Counted from the first letter of the stretch, positions 40,682-51,916 are shown. The stretch is DNA of 64,000 bases from Pseudomonadota bacterium (GCA_036687665.1 JAYYZZ010000003.1:68129-132128), one strand, 5' to 3'. Made by a program: numbers and translations. The notes: a model not told the origin generated them from the letters alone.

Positions 40682-42016
40682 ATGACACAAAAAACATATA
40701 AAACCGTCATTATAGGTCTCGGTGAAACGGGTCTTTCGGTTGCTAGATATTTAGCAAAAAAAGATGTAACTTTTGCAGTCTTTGATACTCGGGATTCCCC
40801 CCCTAAATTAGATGATTTCAAATCTGAAATGCCTGATGTCGAAATAGCTCTGGGATCTTTTAATGATGATTTGCTAAACGGAACTAACAGTATCATCGTA
40901 AGCCCAGGAGTACCGTTATCACACCCCCTATTGTTACAAGCAAAAAAACAAGGAATTAAAATTGACAGCGATATAGGAATTTTTTGCGAGGCAGCAGCGG
41001 CTCCTATAATAGGTGTCACTGGTTCCAATGGAAAAACCACAGTAATCACTTTATTAAAAGCAATGCTTGGAGATTCAGCATTAGAAATTTCGACCGGGGG
41101 CAACATAGGAGACCCTGCGCTTGGTTTGTTATGTGACAAGAGCCCTGATTACTATCTTCTTGAATTATCGAGCTTTCAGTTAGAGGCAACCCAACACTTG
41201 AAAACAAAAATTTCTTCTATTCTAAATATTACTCCTGACCATATAGATCGGCACACAGATTTTGATGCATATGTAAAAGCTAAACAACGCTTGTATGAGG
41301 ATACAGAAATTGTAGTTTTTAATAGGCATGATCAAAATACATATTCAAATTCTATAAGCAGAAAAGTAAGTTTTGGTTTAGATGAACCAAACAATGATAG
41401 TGAGTATGGCATTAGGAGTAATCGCGGAGCCGCCTGGTTATGCAGAGGCAAAGAGAGGTTAGTAGCTGCGAGTGATTTACATTTTTATGGACAGCATAAC
41501 TTGCTCAATGCGTTAGCTACGCTTGCAATTATAGAATGTTTAGAAATTCCACTGGATAATCTTATTCCGACCCTAAAAAACTTTCAGGGGTTGCCTCATA
41601 GGACGAATCTAATTTTTAGCAAGGATGACATAAATTGGTACGATGACTCTAAAGCTACTAATGTTGGCGCTACTTTAGCAGCATTACAGAGTTTTTCACG
41701 AAAGAATATTTTAATTTTAGGAGGTCAGTCAAAAGGGGCTGATTTTTCGATATTACGTGAAGCCATTTTGTTGCATACAAATGCAGTAATACTTCTTGGG
41801 GAGGCGGCACAAGAAATCGAAGAAGCATTGTCTGATACTGTTCCATTTTTCCATGCCCAAGACATGCGGTCTGCAGTATCAAAAGCACGCGAATTAGTTA
41901 GACCCGGCGAGAATGTTCTCCTATCTCCCGCCTGCGCGAGTTTAGATATGTACCAAGATTATATACATCGAGGTAATACTTTTATTAAACATGTTGCAGA
42001 GCAGAGTGATGGGTAA
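40682..42016 (+). CDS. murD: UDP-MurNAc-L-Ala--D-Glu ligase
   Basis: N-terminal Rossmann motif GLGETGLS and P-loop VTGSNGKTT. Confidence 0.95.
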   Translation: MTQKTYKTVIIGLGETGLSVARYLAKKDVTFAVFDTRDSPPKLDDFKSEMPDVEIALGSFNDDLLNGTNSIIVSPGVPLSHPLLLQAKKQGIKIDSDIGIFCEAAAAPIIGVTGSNGKTTVITLLKAMLGDSALEISTGGNIGDPALGLLCDKSPDYYLLELSSFQLEATQHLKTKISSILNITPDHIDRHTDFDAYVKAKQRLYEDTEIVVFNRHDQNTYSNSISRKVSFGLDEPNNDSEYGIRSNRGAAWLCRGKERLVAASDLHFYGQHNLLNALATLAIIECLEIPLDNLIPTLKNFQGLPHRTNLIFSKDDINWYDDSKATNVGATLAALQSFSRKNILILGGQSKGADFSILREAILLHTNAVILLGEAAQEIEEALSDTVPFFHAQDMRSAVSKARELVRPGENVLLSPACASLDMYQDYIHRGNTFIKHVAEQSDG

Positions 42017-43187
42017 GAGAACTTCACAGAAAAAGCCACTGGCATATCAGCTCAAACCATACGTTAATCTCAGAATATTATTGACTGTATTTTTTTTGAT
42101 TGCGATAGGTTTAATTATGATGACGTCTGCTTCAATGGATGTTGCAGAGACTAAGAATGCGAGCGACTCACTGTTTTATTTGAAAAGACAGCTAGTTTTT
42201 TTTCTTATAGGGATTACTCTGGTTATATTTATCTATCAAATAAAACTTGAATATATAGAAAGAAATGCGCTGTTAATGTTATTTCTAAGTATTTTCTTAT
42301 TGGTAATTGTGTTATTACCAGGTATTGGGAAAAGCGCAAATAATGCACAAAGATGGTTAAGCCTCGGACCTTATTCTTTCCAACCTTCTGAGTTAGTCAA
42401 AATCTTTTTTATTATTTATCTTTCTAGTTATATTTCTAGATATAAAGAAAATATTCAGCAGCATTTTTCAGCTTTTATAAAACCTATTTTGTTGGTTTCT
42501 ATATTGGCGCTTTTGTTACTTCTAGAGCCTGATTTTGGAACAATGATACTTATATTGTGTATCACTACTGGAATGCTTTTTTTAGCTGGAGCAAAAGTGT
42601 GGCATTTTTTGATATTGTTTTCTATAGGCACACCTATAATTTTATATATGATTCAAGCCCCATACCGCTGGAATAGATTAACCGCCTTTTTAGATCCTTG
42701 GCAGGATCAATATGATACTGGTTATCAGCTTGTGAATTCTTTGATTGCTATCGGTAGCGGTGGAATCTTTGGCCTTGGTCTCGGAAACAGCATACAAAAA
42801 TTAGGTTTTTTACCTGAACCTCATACAGATTTTATTTTCGCTATTACAGCTGAAGAATTAGGATTGCTGGGAGCTATATTTGTTATATTGCTTTATTTAA
42901 TATTCTTTTTTGAATCTTTTAAATTAGCAAAAGAGGCGCAAAGGCTAGAAAAACATTTTGCTAGTTTTTTAGCATTTGGTATCAGCATCTGGTTTGTATT
43001 GCAGGCTTTCATAAATATAGGAGTAAATATAGGACTTTTGCCAACTAAAGGGCTTACTCTCCCATTAATGAGCTATGGTGGTAGCAGCTTCGTCGTTGCT
43101 TTATGTGCAATTGGTTTTTTATTACGCATACATAGAGAGAACTATTTAACATATTTATCGAGGCCTGTTTCTAGGAGGAGGAATTAG
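41991..43187 (+). CDS. ftsW: SEDS peptidoglycan polymerase FtsW
   Basis: About 10 TM helices, with PSE..K and PTKGLTLPLMSYGGSS blocks. The start may be 42009. Confidence 0.9.
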   Translation: MLQSRVMGKRTSQKKPLAYQLKPYVNLRILLTVFFLIAIGLIMMTSASMDVAETKNASDSLFYLKRQLVFFLIGITLVIFIYQIKLEYIERNALLMLFLSIFLLVIVLLPGIGKSANNAQRWLSLGPYSFQPSELVKIFFIIYLSSYISRYKENIQQHFSAFIKPILLVSILALLLLLEPDFGTMILILCITTGMLFLAGAKVWHFLILFSIGTPIILYMIQAPYRWNRLTAFLDPWQDQYDTGYQLVNSLIAIGSGGIFGLGLGNSIQKLGFLPEPHTDFIFAITAEELGLLGAIFVILLYLIFFFESFKLAKEAQRLEKHFASFLAFGISIWFVLQAFINIGVNIGLLPTKGLTLPLMSYGGSSFVVALCAIGFLLRIHRENYLTYLSRPVSRRRN

Positions 43188-43196
43188 GAGTGTTCG

Positions 43197-44291
43197 TTGA
43201 GAAATAGCAATAAACCAGTAATGCTTTTAGCTGGTGGCACCGGCGGTCACGTCTTCCCAGCCCTTGCAGTTGCAAATTATTTATCAAGCAAGGATGTTCC
43301 CATAGTATGGGTTGGCACAAAAGGTGGGGTGGAGGCAAAGCTTGTAAATCATCCAAATATAGAAATGGAATGGTTATTTGTCAGCGGGCTAAGAGGGAAA
43401 AAATTTGTAAGTTGGATTAAAGCTCCTATTTTTCTTTTTATAGCAGCTTTGCAGTCCGCATTCATGCTTTTAAAATACAGGCCTTGTATTGTACTAGGTA
43501 TGGGGGGATTTGTTTCAGGCCCTACAGGGATTATCGCCGCGTTATTCGGCGTGCCATTATTTATACACGAGCAAAATACAATACCTGGTTTAACGAATCG
43601 AATCTTAAAAATATTTAGTAAAAAAATATTCCTTGGCTTCCCTGACAGTATAAACAGCAAGAAAGCAGTTTATACCGGTAACCCGCTTAGACAAGATATA
43701 TGTGATATTGAAGAACCCCCTAATAGATTATCGAGAGATGGGGCACAATTGCACTTATTAGTTGTAGGAGGCAGCCTTGGGGCTAAGATTTTTAATGAAG
43801 TAGTCCCGCACGCGTTAAGCCTAATACCTGAAGATCAAAGGCCTGCAGTGCAGCACCAAGCTGGGAAGACTTTAGGTGTTGCCCAAGCAAACTACAACCA
43901 ATATGGTGTTCAAGCCAATATTATTGAGTTTATAAATGATATGTCAGACGCATATGTGTGGGCTGATATTGTGCTTTGCAGAGCTGGCGCTTTAACAGTT
44001 TCAGAGCTAACAGCAGCAGGCGTGGCATCAATATTAGTTCCTTACCCTTATTCAGTTGATAATCATCAGCATCATAATGCGTCTTTTTTAGTACGCGCCG
44101 AAGCAGCTATTTTAATGTTAGAGGAAAATTTCTATGCAAAAGAGCTTGCTGCAAAACTACAAATGTTTTCAACTAATAAAGAGCGCATATTAACTATGTC
44201 AACCAATGCGCGTAATTTATTTAATACAAATGCTGTTTTTTCTATATGTGAATCTATTTTAGAAGCAAGAAGAGAAGCCTTTGAAAAATAA
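43197..44291 (+). CDS. murG: Lipid II synthase MurG
   Basis: Motif GGTGGHVFPALAVA. TTG start with AGGAG 6 nt upstream; an ATG at 43221 is an alternative. Confidence 0.95.
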   Translation: MRNSNKPVMLLAGGTGGHVFPALAVANYLSSKDVPIVWVGTKGGVEAKLVNHPNIEMEWLFVSGLRGKKFVSWIKAPIFLFIAALQSAFMLLKYRPCIVLGMGGFVSGPTGIIAALFGVPLFIHEQNTIPGLTNRILKIFSKKIFLGFPDSINSKKAVYTGNPLRQDICDIEEPPNRLSRDGAQLHLLVVGGSLGAKIFNEVVPHALSLIPEDQRPAVQHQAGKTLGVAQANYNQYGVQANIIEFINDMSDAYVWADIVLCRAGALTVSELTAAGVASILVPYPYSVDNHQHHNASFLVRAEAAILMLEENFYAKELAAKLQMFSTNKERILTMSTNARNLFNTNAVFSICESILEARREAFEK

Positions 44292-44319
44292 GTTAAATAC
44301 AGTATCTGATTCAAGTCTC

Positions 44320-45705
44320 ATGCAGAGAGTTTCGAAGATCCATTTAATTGGAGTTGGAGGGGCAGGCATGTGTGGGATAGCTGAAATTTTATACAACCTT
44401 GGTTATGAAGTTTCTGGCAGTGATATAAAAAGCACTAAAACAATTGAGAGACTTCAGAAAATTGGCGTTAAGACTTATGTGAGACACGATAAAAAACATG
44501 TAGATAAAAAAGATTTAGTAATTGTATCTGCTGCAATACCTTCTGATAACGTAGAGCTCATTGAATCAAAAAAGAGAAAAATACCAATAATGAAGCGAGC
44601 AGAGATGCTTGCTGAGCTCATGCGTTTAAGATTTGGCATCGCGGTTGCAGGTACGCATGGAAAAACATCAACTACAGGTTTAATCGCTCATATAATGGAA
44701 CACGCAGGCATGGATCCAACTATCATAGTAGGAGGGCGCATAAATGAGATAAAAACAAACGCTCGCTTGGGTGATAGCAAATATTTGGTTGCTGAAGCAG
44801 ATGAGAGTGATGGGTCTTTTTTGCATTTGCATCCCACCATGTCTGTGATAACCAATATTGATACTGATCATCTCAGTAGCTATAAGGATGATTTTTCATT
44901 GTTAAGAAAAGCTTTCCTTGATTTTATACACAATCTTCCTTTCTACGGGCTTGTAGCATTATGCATTGATGACAAGACATTACAGGAACTGTTGCCTGAG
45001 ATTAAAAGATCATTTGTTACTTGTGCGATTAATTTCGACGCAGACTATCGTGCGGTGAATATCAGATATGAAGGTCTTAGTTCTATTTTTGATATTGTGG
45101 TAAAAGCAACAAATGAAAGATTCACAGTGGAACTAAGTTTGCCCGGTGAGCACAATGTCCTCAATGCTTTAGCTGCTATTGCAATTACGACAGAGCTAGG
45201 TATAGATAAAGAGCATATCAAAACCGCTTTACAAGAATTTCAAGGAACGGGCAGGCGTTTTGAGTTAAACGGGGAGCTTCAGTTGCAAAAAAAGAAGGTA
45301 GTATGGGTGGACGATTATGGCCATCACCCTACAGAAATTTTAGCAACGATAAAAACTGCAAGAATAGTCTGGCCAGAAAAGAGACTGATCGTAGTTTTTC
45401 AGCCCCATAGATATTCTCGAACTTGTGAAATGTTTGAAAATTTTGTTGATGTTTTAAATCAAGCTGACATATTAATCTTGTTAGAAATATACTCAGCAGG
45501 TGAGGATCGTATAGCTGGAATAAATAGTTTATCTTTATGTAATGCAATAAAAGAGAGAAAAGGCGCGCAAGTTATTTTTGAGGAGAATGAAGAAAAATTA
45601 CTGGGCACGCTTGAGAATCTGGCAAGCACGAACGATTTGCTTTTAACCATGGGGGCGGGGAGTATCAGTTCTATAGTGAAACAATTATCAAGTAGATTAA
45701 TATAA
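44320..45705 (+). CDS. murC: UDP-MurNAc--L-Ala ligase
   Basis: Motifs IHLIGVGGAGMCGIAEIL and VAGTHGKTSTT. The track ORF starts at a TTG at 44281, overlapping murG. Confidence 0.95.
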   Translation: MQRVSKIHLIGVGGAGMCGIAEILYNLGYEVSGSDIKSTKTIERLQKIGVKTYVRHDKKHVDKKDLVIVSAAIPSDNVELIESKKRKIPIMKRAEMLAELMRLRFGIAVAGTHGKTSTTGLIAHIMEHAGMDPTIIVGGRINEIKTNARLGDSKYLVAEADESDGSFLHLHPTMSVITNIDTDHLSSYKDDFSLLRKAFLDFIHNLPFYGLVALCIDDKTLQELLPEIKRSFVTCAINFDADYRAVNIRYEGLSSIFDIVVKATNERFTVELSLPGEHNVLNALAAIAITTELGIDKEHIKTALQEFQGTGRRFELNGELQLQKKKVVWVDDYGHHPTEILATIKTARIVWPEKRLIVVFQPHRYSRTCEMFENFVDVLNQADILILLEIYSAGEDRIAGINSLSLCNAIKERKGAQVIFEENEEKLLGTLENLASTNDLLLTMGAGSISSIVKQLSSRLI

Positions 45706-45712
45706 ATTAATT

Positions 45713-46624
45713 ATGAAAAACACGATTGATAATTTACTTAAATCAGAAAAAATTAGAGGAGTTCTAGCTAAAGATGTGTCAATGAAGAAATATAATTCAT
45801 GGCGCGTAGGGGGCTTTGCTGAATATCTATATAAACCCTATGATGCCGATGACCTAAGCATTTTTTTACAATTAATAAAAGAGAAGAAAAAAATTACATG
45901 GATAGGGTTAGGCAGCAACATTTTAGTTCGCGACCAAGGAATTGAAGGTGTTGTTATTGTGTTACATCCATCGTTAGGAAAAATTATATTTTTACAAAAC
46001 AATACAGTTTATGTAGAAGCAGGAGTTTCATGTGTAAAACTTTCACAAAGATGTGCAGAAAAGAATCTCACAGGTATTGAATTTCTATCAGGAATACCCG
46101 GGACAGTCGGAGGTGCACTCGCAATGAATGCTGGCGCTTATGGTAGCGAGATATGGGATTTTGTTCATGATGTTAAAATATTAGATTCAAATGGGGTTAT
46201 GTATCAGCGCACAAAAAAAGATTTTGATATAAATTACAGAGAAGTTTCATTATCCCAAAACGAGTGTTTTGTCGCTGCACATCTAAGTTTAGAAAAAGCA
46301 GGAAATGATTTGCAGCCGATTGAGAAAATCAAAGTCTTCAAAAAAGAGAGGAGTAGTGTCCAGCCCGTCGGGGCGCCTAGCTGCGGTTCTGTTTTTAAAA
46401 ATCCAGCTGACACTTCAGCAGGTACTTTAATTGAACGTGCAGGATTAAAGGGATATAAGGTTGGTAGAGCCGAAATTTCTAAAAAACATGCTAATTTTAT
46501 AATTAATACTGGGGAAGCTAAGGCTGCAGATATAGAGTCTCTTATTTTACATATTCAAAGTACAGTAGAAAAAAAGTTTAGAATTAAGTTAGAAACAGAA
46601 GTTAAATTTATTGGTACACGTTAA
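45713..46624 (+). CDS. murB: UDP-N-acetylenolpyruvoylglucosamine reductase
   Basis: FAD-binding PCMH domain and a GSVFKNP block. Confidence 0.9.
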   Translation: MKNTIDNLLKSEKIRGVLAKDVSMKKYNSWRVGGFAEYLYKPYDADDLSIFLQLIKEKKKITWIGLGSNILVRDQGIEGVVIVLHPSLGKIIFLQNNTVYVEAGVSCVKLSQRCAEKNLTGIEFLSGIPGTVGGALAMNAGAYGSEIWDFVHDVKILDSNGVMYQRTKKDFDINYREVSLSQNECFVAAHLSLEKAGNDLQPIEKIKVFKKERSSVQPVGAPSCGSVFKNPADTSAGTLIERAGLKGYKVGRAEISKKHANFIINTGEAKAADIESLILHIQSTVEKKFRIKLETEVKFIGTR

Positions 46625-47577
46625 TGACAGAAGTAAAAGCAAAAGACTTTGGCAAGGTGCTTGTATTGATGGGGGGGTGGTCCGCTGAACGAGAGATTTC
46701 GCTCAATACTGGAAAGGCTGTCTTAAAAGCCTTAAAAGAGAGTAATGTTGATTCTGAAGGTTTCGATTTAACAGCCGATAACCTAGAAACATTGAAAAGT
46801 ATCGAGTTTGATAGAGCTTTTATAGCTCTGCATGGAATGGGCGGTGAAGATGGTTTTATACAAACTTTTTTGGAGACCTTAAATATCCCCTATACCGGGA
46901 GCGATGCAAATGCATCTGCAGTATGCATCAATAAAGCTAAAACGAAGTCGATATGGAAAGACATGGGTATATCCACGCCAGATTATGTAATAGTTGATAG
47001 TAATACGCTAGAAGATGCTGTCATTGAAACGATTCAGCTGCCTGCTGTTATAAAGCCTGTTTTCGAGGGTTCTAGTCTAGGTATAAGCATTGTTCACAAT
47101 CACGACCAGATTTCTCCAGCTATTAAGAATGCAATGAGCTACGGGCAGCAAGTTTTAGTTGAGTCTTTTGTCCAAGGTTCCGAATATACTGTAGGCATAC
47201 TGCGGGGCAACGCATTGCCAATGATAAGGTTAGAGCCAAGTAATGAATTTTATGATTATGACGCAAAATACCACTCACATGAAACGCTGTATCATTGTCC
47301 TTGTGGTTTGGAAGCAGAAGTTGAAGAAAGTATTTCAAAAATCGCACTGAAAAGTTTTTCACTGACTGGAGCAGCAGGGTGGGGAAGAGTGGATTTGATA
47401 ATAGATAAGTTTGGACAGCCTTGGTTTATAGAAGTTAATACGGTGCCTGGCATGACAGACCATAGCCTCGTTCCTATGGCTGCAAAACACGCAGGCATTA
47501 ATTTTCAAGAACTTGTTCTTGAGATACTAGCAACTTCTTTAAATAAGAATATAAGGAAAGAAAGTGAAACAACTTAG
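46624..47577 (+). CDS. ddl: D-alanine--D-alanine ligase
   Basis: ATP-grasp fold with the motifs ALHGMGGEDG and EVNTVPGMT. Confidence 0.95.
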   Translation: MTEVKAKDFGKVLVLMGGWSAEREISLNTGKAVLKALKESNVDSEGFDLTADNLETLKSIEFDRAFIALHGMGGEDGFIQTFLETLNIPYTGSDANASAVCINKAKTKSIWKDMGISTPDYVIVDSNTLEDAVIETIQLPAVIKPVFEGSSLGISIVHNHDQISPAIKNAMSYGQQVLVESFVQGSEYTVGILRGNALPMIRLEPSNEFYDYDAKYHSHETLYHCPCGLEAEVEESISKIALKSFSLTGAAGWGRVDLIIDKFGQPWFIEVNTVPGMTDHSLVPMAAKHAGINFQELVLEILATSLNKNIRKESETT

Positions 47578-48280
47578 CCGCTTACAAAAAAATAAAATAT
47601 TTTCTTCATTTATTCAGGTATTTGCTGTAATTGTTATCCCTATCTCAGTTTTACTTACGTACGAAAGAATTAATGATTCTCACTCTTTTCCAATTGATAC
47701 CGTACGAGTCTCTGGTAGCTTAAGTAATATTAAGACTGATGATATAGAAAAATTAATTAATCCAGTTCTAAAAAATAACGGTTATTTCACTTTAAATTTA
47801 TTTGATCTTCAAAATGTATTAAACAAACTAGTTTGGGTAAAAGAGGTGAATGTCAGAAAAGTATGGCCATCGGAAGTGCAAATTTCCATTGTAGAAAATC
47901 AAGCAATAGCTAATTGGAATGAGAATAGTTTATTAAATAGTGATGGCGAGATCTTTAAACCCCTTTATCTAACACCTGATCTGCCTGTAATCCATGGAAA
48001 CGATGGGCGTGAAAAAAAACTATTAGCCACATATATTCATGCTAATAACATTATTGAAAAAAGTGGGTCGAGCATTAGAAGAATTGAAGAAAACAATAGG
48101 AGATCTATAAAGCTTTATTTAGATAATCATATTGTGATTTATTCTGGAGATACTAAGGAGCTTAATAGCAATTTACAGAGTTTTGTAGTTGCATATAATT
48201 TATTTGATACTACACTTAAGCATAATATATCGTATATTGATTTACGCTATCCTAATGGTTTTTCCGTTGGGTGGAAATAA
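47564..48280 (+). CDS. ftsQ: Cell division protein FtsQ
   Basis: 238 aa with a TM anchor and a POTRA-like domain. GTG start, located between ddl and ftsA. Confidence 0.85.
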   Translation: MKQLSRLQKNKIFSSFIQVFAVIVIPISVLLTYERINDSHSFPIDTVRVSGSLSNIKTDDIEKLINPVLKNNGYFTLNLFDLQNVLNKLVWVKEVNVRKVWPSEVQISIVENQAIANWNENSLLNSDGEIFKPLYLTPDLPVIHGNDGREKKLLATYIHANNIIEKSGSSIRRIEENNRRSIKLYLDNHIVIYSGDTKELNSNLQSFVVAYNLFDTTLKHNISYIDLRYPNGFSVGWK

Positions 48281-48295
48281 AAGAAGAAATATAAT

Positions 48296-49534
48296 ATGGC
48301 ACGCAAACAAGATAAAAATATTTTAGTTGGACTCGACATTGGGACCTCAAAAGTCACAGCTATTGTTGGCGAAATGAGCCCTGATGGTGAAATTGAAATT
48401 ATAGGTGTTGGCTCTCGTATTTCCACAGGTTTAAAAAGAGGCGTGGTAGTGAATATTGAACTGACTGTTCAGTCAATACAACGAGCCATAGAGGAAGCAG
48501 AATTAATGGCTGGATGTGACATTACCTCAGTAGTTGCTGGAGTCGCTGGCAGTCATATACAAAGTTTAAATTCCCATGGCGTTGCAGCAGTAAAAGAAAA
48601 TGAAATAACACGCAATGAAGTTGAAAAAGTTATTGAATCGGCGCGCGCAATGGCCATTCCTGCAGAACATAAAATATTGCATGTTCTTCCACAAGAATAT
48701 GTAATCGATGGGCAGGCAGGCGTGAAAGTGCCAGAAGGTATGTCTGGAATACGCCTAGAAGCAAAAGTTCATATCATCACTGGAGCTCTCAGTGCAGTAG
48801 AGAATATTATCAGATGTGTTACAAGGTGTGGTTTAGAAGTTGAAAATGTAGTGCTTGAGCAATTAGCTTCAAGCCATTCAGTTTTAACAGAGGATGAGAA
48901 AGAACTTGGCGTGTGCTTGGTTGATATTGGTGGCGGTACAACTGATATAGCAGTTTTTACAGATGGCGCATTACATCATACATCTGTTATCCCAATTGCC
49001 GGCGACCAAGTTACCAATGATATTGCTGTTGCGTTTAGAACACCCACAAAAGATGCAGAAGATATTAAAATTCAATATGCATGCTCGTCTGCGCAGCTTG
49101 TTAATAGCGACGAAACAATTGAAGTTCCAAGCGTTGGGGATCGCCCACCAAGAAAACTTTCCAGACAGCGACTAGCAGATATAGTTCAGCCACGCTATGA
49201 AGAACTTTTAACTTTTGTATTAAAAGAACTAAGACGCAGTGGTTATGAAGATAGAATTCCTGCAGGAGTAGTTTTAACAGGCGGGAGTTCTAATATGGAA
49301 GGTTTAGCTGATCTTGCTGAAGAAATATTTCATTTGCAAGTTCGTGTTGGGTCCCCACAATATGTTTCCGGTTTAGTTGACATTGTAAAAAATCCTATTC
49401 ATGCAACTGGGGTAGGTTTATTGTTATTTAGTCGTGATGATAATAAATCTTTGACGCTGAATGCCAATGGCGGAAGCATGCAATTAAATTCCATTTGGGA
49501 AAGCATGAAGAGCTGGTTTCAGCAAAATTTGTAA
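48296..49534 (+). CDS. ftsA: Cell division protein FtsA
   Basis: Actin-fold protein with the motifs LDIGTSKV and VDIGGGTTD, plus a C-terminal amphipathic helix. Confidence 0.95.
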   Translation: MARKQDKNILVGLDIGTSKVTAIVGEMSPDGEIEIIGVGSRISTGLKRGVVVNIELTVQSIQRAIEEAELMAGCDITSVVAGVAGSHIQSLNSHGVAAVKENEITRNEVEKVIESARAMAIPAEHKILHVLPQEYVIDGQAGVKVPEGMSGIRLEAKVHIITGALSAVENIIRCVTRCGLEVENVVLEQLASSHSVLTEDEKELGVCLVDIGGGTTDIAVFTDGALHHTSVIPIAGDQVTNDIAVAFRTPTKDAEDIKIQYACSSAQLVNSDETIEVPSVGDRPPRKLSRQRLADIVQPRYEELLTFVLKELRRSGYEDRIPAGVVLTGGSSNMEGLADLAEEIFHLQVRVGSPQYVSGLVDIVKNPIHATGVGLLLFSRDDNKSLTLNANGGSMQLNSIWESMKSWFQQNL

Positions 49535-49689
49535 AGTTTAGTCATTTTTCCACACAATTGACTACTTTTAGTCCGTGATTCAGTCTGTATTTGCCTAATT
49601 AAGCTTTCTAAAATATAAGGTCTTTACTATAATATCTCTACGTGATCTGTATTTTTACAGACAAGTCAAAAATATAACAAGAATAAAAC

Positions 49690-50601
49690 ATGATAAGGCA
49701 ACGCACTTTAAAGAATAGTATTCGAGCTACTGGGATAGGTCTGCACTCTGGAGAAAAGATTTATTTGAAGCTTAGCCCAGCACCAGAAAACACAGGAGTT
49801 GTTTTAAGACGCATAGATGTAAATCCCCCAGTACCAATAAAAGCACACCCAGAAAATGTTGCCGACACCAGAATGTCAACCACACTTGCATCTGGTAATG
49901 TAAAAATATCAACTGTTGAACATCTTTTATCAGCCGTTGCAGGTTTAGGAATCGATAATTTGTATGTAGACTTAAATGCTCCAGAAGTTCCGATTATGGA
50001 TGGAAGCGCCGGGCCTTTTGTATTTTTACTCCAATCTGCCGGTATTGTTGAGCAAGATGCCCCGAAGAAATTTATTCGTATACTAAAGACTGTTTCCGTG
50101 AAGGAAGAAAGAAAATGGGTACGATTGGATCCCTTTGAAGGATTCAAAGTTGCTTTTACAATAGATTTTGATCACCCTCAATTTACTGAGCGTTCACAAA
50201 AAGCTATTTTAGATTTTTCAACCACTTCTTTTGTAAAAGAAGTAAGTCGCGCAAGGACATTTGGTTTTATGCGCGATGTCGAGATGCTGCGTTCTCGCAA
50301 CCTAGCTCTTGGCGGCAGCTTAGAGAATGCCATTGTTGTTGATGATCACCGTATTCTCAATGAGGATGGCTTGCGTTATGACGATGAATTCGTGAAGCAT
50401 AAGATTCTAGATGCCGTTGGTGATTTATATCTTTTAGGAAGAAGTTTAATTGGTTCTTTTGAAGGCTATAAATCAGGACATGCGTTAAATAATAGACTTT
50501 TAATCAAGCTTCTTAGCACACAAGGTGCGTGGGAAGAAATTACATTTGAGGACGGCGAAGAAGCACCAATAACGTATATGACAACAGGCAGTTTAGCTTA
50601 G
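49690..50601 (+). CDS. lpxC: UDP-3-O-acyl-GlcNAc deacetylase
   Basis: Opens [21 protein letters not shown], with the blocks TVEHLLSA and HKILD. Confidence 0.95.
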   Translation: MIRQRTLKNSIRATGIGLHSGEKIYLKLSPAPENTGVVLRRIDVNPPVPIKAHPENVADTRMSTTLASGNVKISTVEHLLSAVAGLGIDNLYVDLNAPEVPIMDGSAGPFVFLLQSAGIVEQDAPKKFIRILKTVSVKEERKWVRLDPFEGFKVAFTIDFDHPQFTERSQKAILDFSTTSFVKEVSRARTFGFMRDVEMLRSRNLALGGSLENAIVVDDHRILNEDGLRYDDEFVKHKILDAVGDLYLLGRSLIGSFEGYKSGHALNNRLLIKLLSTQGAWEEITFEDGEEAPITYMTTGSLA

Positions 50602-50897
50602 ATTTTCCCCTCAAAGCCCGGAGCCACTTTATACCTAATTTTTTTGAGCTTTACCTCTAAGGTATCAGCATATTCAGTGTTTAGCTTTTTTAAGATTTCA
50701 TGTTGTTGGTAGCGTATAATTGATACCTTAGCACTTTGGTCAACAAGAATAGTGATTTGGTTGTCTTTGAGATCTGAGACCCAGCATCCAGAAGCAATAT
50801 TTTCTGGCAAGAGAGATCTTATGACCTTAGTTAGCTGATTATAATAATGAGCTCGTTCAATTAGATCAGAGCTTAAATGATGTTTAAAAAGTTTCAT
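50598..50897 (-). CDS. DUF721 protein (DciA-like candidate helicase operator)
   Basis: About 100 aa, lying between lpxC and the M23 peptidase/secA, which is the position of the DUF721 gene in Pseudomonas and Vibrio. The start at MKLFKHH (50897) avoids overlap with the divergent gene; the track ORF runs to 50948. Confidence 0.55.
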   Translation of the reverse strand: MKLFKHHLSSDLIERAHYYNQLTKVIRSLLPENIASGCWVSDLKDNQITILVDQSAKVSIIRYQQHEILKKLNTEYADTLEVKLKKIRYKVAPGFEGKI

Positions 50898-50912
50898 ATA
50901 TGGTAGGTAATT

Positions 50913-51851
50913 GTGAATATTATTTTTTATCGTCGTAAAAAAGGCCATAAAGCCAGTGTCCAGCTATCATCATGGTGGCATTATACAGTAGCTGGGTTGG
51001 TGGTAGTGTCTGCCTCCGCAGTGGTTATCGTGATAGGGTATTTATTAGGTGTCACATGGGGCCATGCTCCAATCATTACATTATGGGAAGAGGATCTAGC
51101 TTATCAATACCGACAGCTGGAGATTATAGAAAATCACCATACAGCAGAAATAGATAGTTTATCTCATAAGATTGGATTGCTTGAAGGGCAGGTGACCCAG
51201 TTGAGTGCTTTAGGTAACAAATTAGTTGCTTTAGCTAAAATTAAAGATAGTGAATTTAATTTTAAGAAAAAGACTATATCGACAGGAGGAAGGAGCCCGC
51301 AAAAAGATGTAGTGAAAGAACATTTTAGTATTCAGGAGCTTAAAAATGATTTATCACATTTACAAAGCGTTATCAGAGAAAGAGAGAACCAATTAGTGTT
51401 ACTTGATAATCTGTATACTAGGGTAGGTGCGGAATTAGCAACTCTACCTATGGGCCGCCCAGTTAAATCTGGCTGGATATCATCTTACTATGGAACAAGA
51501 AAAGATCCATTTACAGGACGACGTCAATTTCATCACGGCATGGATTTTGCTACGAAAAAAAATAGTAGTATTTTTGCAGTAGCGGGCGGCATAGTGACTT
51601 ATGCTGGATCAAAATCAGGTTTCGGGAAGATGGTAGAAGTTGATCATAGGAATGGTTACAAAACTCGTTATGCACATTGCACTAAAGTAACTGTAAAAAA
51701 GGGTGATGCAGTTAAAAGAGGTGATGTTGTCGCCGTGGTAGGTTCCACTGGCCGTTCAACTGGACCCCATGTGCATTTTGAGATAGTAAAAGGCGAAAAC
51801 ACAAGCGTAAACCCGTTAAAATATACAAAAAAGACACCCCCCAAAGACTAA
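50913..51851 (+). CDS. M23 family metallopeptidase
   Basis: N-terminal TM helix, a coiled coil, and the LytM motifs HHGMDF and GSTGRSTGPHVHFE. Confidence 0.9.
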   Translation: MNIIFYRRKKGHKASVQLSSWWHYTVAGLVVVSASAVVIVIGYLLGVTWGHAPIITLWEEDLAYQYRQLEIIENHHTAEIDSLSHKIGLLEGQVTQLSALGNKLVALAKIKDSEFNFKKKTISTGGRSPQKDVVKEHFSIQELKNDLSHLQSVIRERENQLVLLDNLYTRVGAELATLPMGRPVKSGWISSYYGTRKDPFTGRRQFHHGMDFATKKNSSIFAVAGGIVTYAGSKSGFGKMVEVDHRNGYKTRYAHCTKVTVKKGDAVKRGDVVAVVGSTGRSTGPHVHFEIVKGENTSVNPLKYTKKTPPKD

Positions 51852-51916
51852 GTTCTTTTTATTCCGCTTACATACAAAGTATAATCTGAGCTCTTTTAGC
51901 TCTAGATCTACAACGT

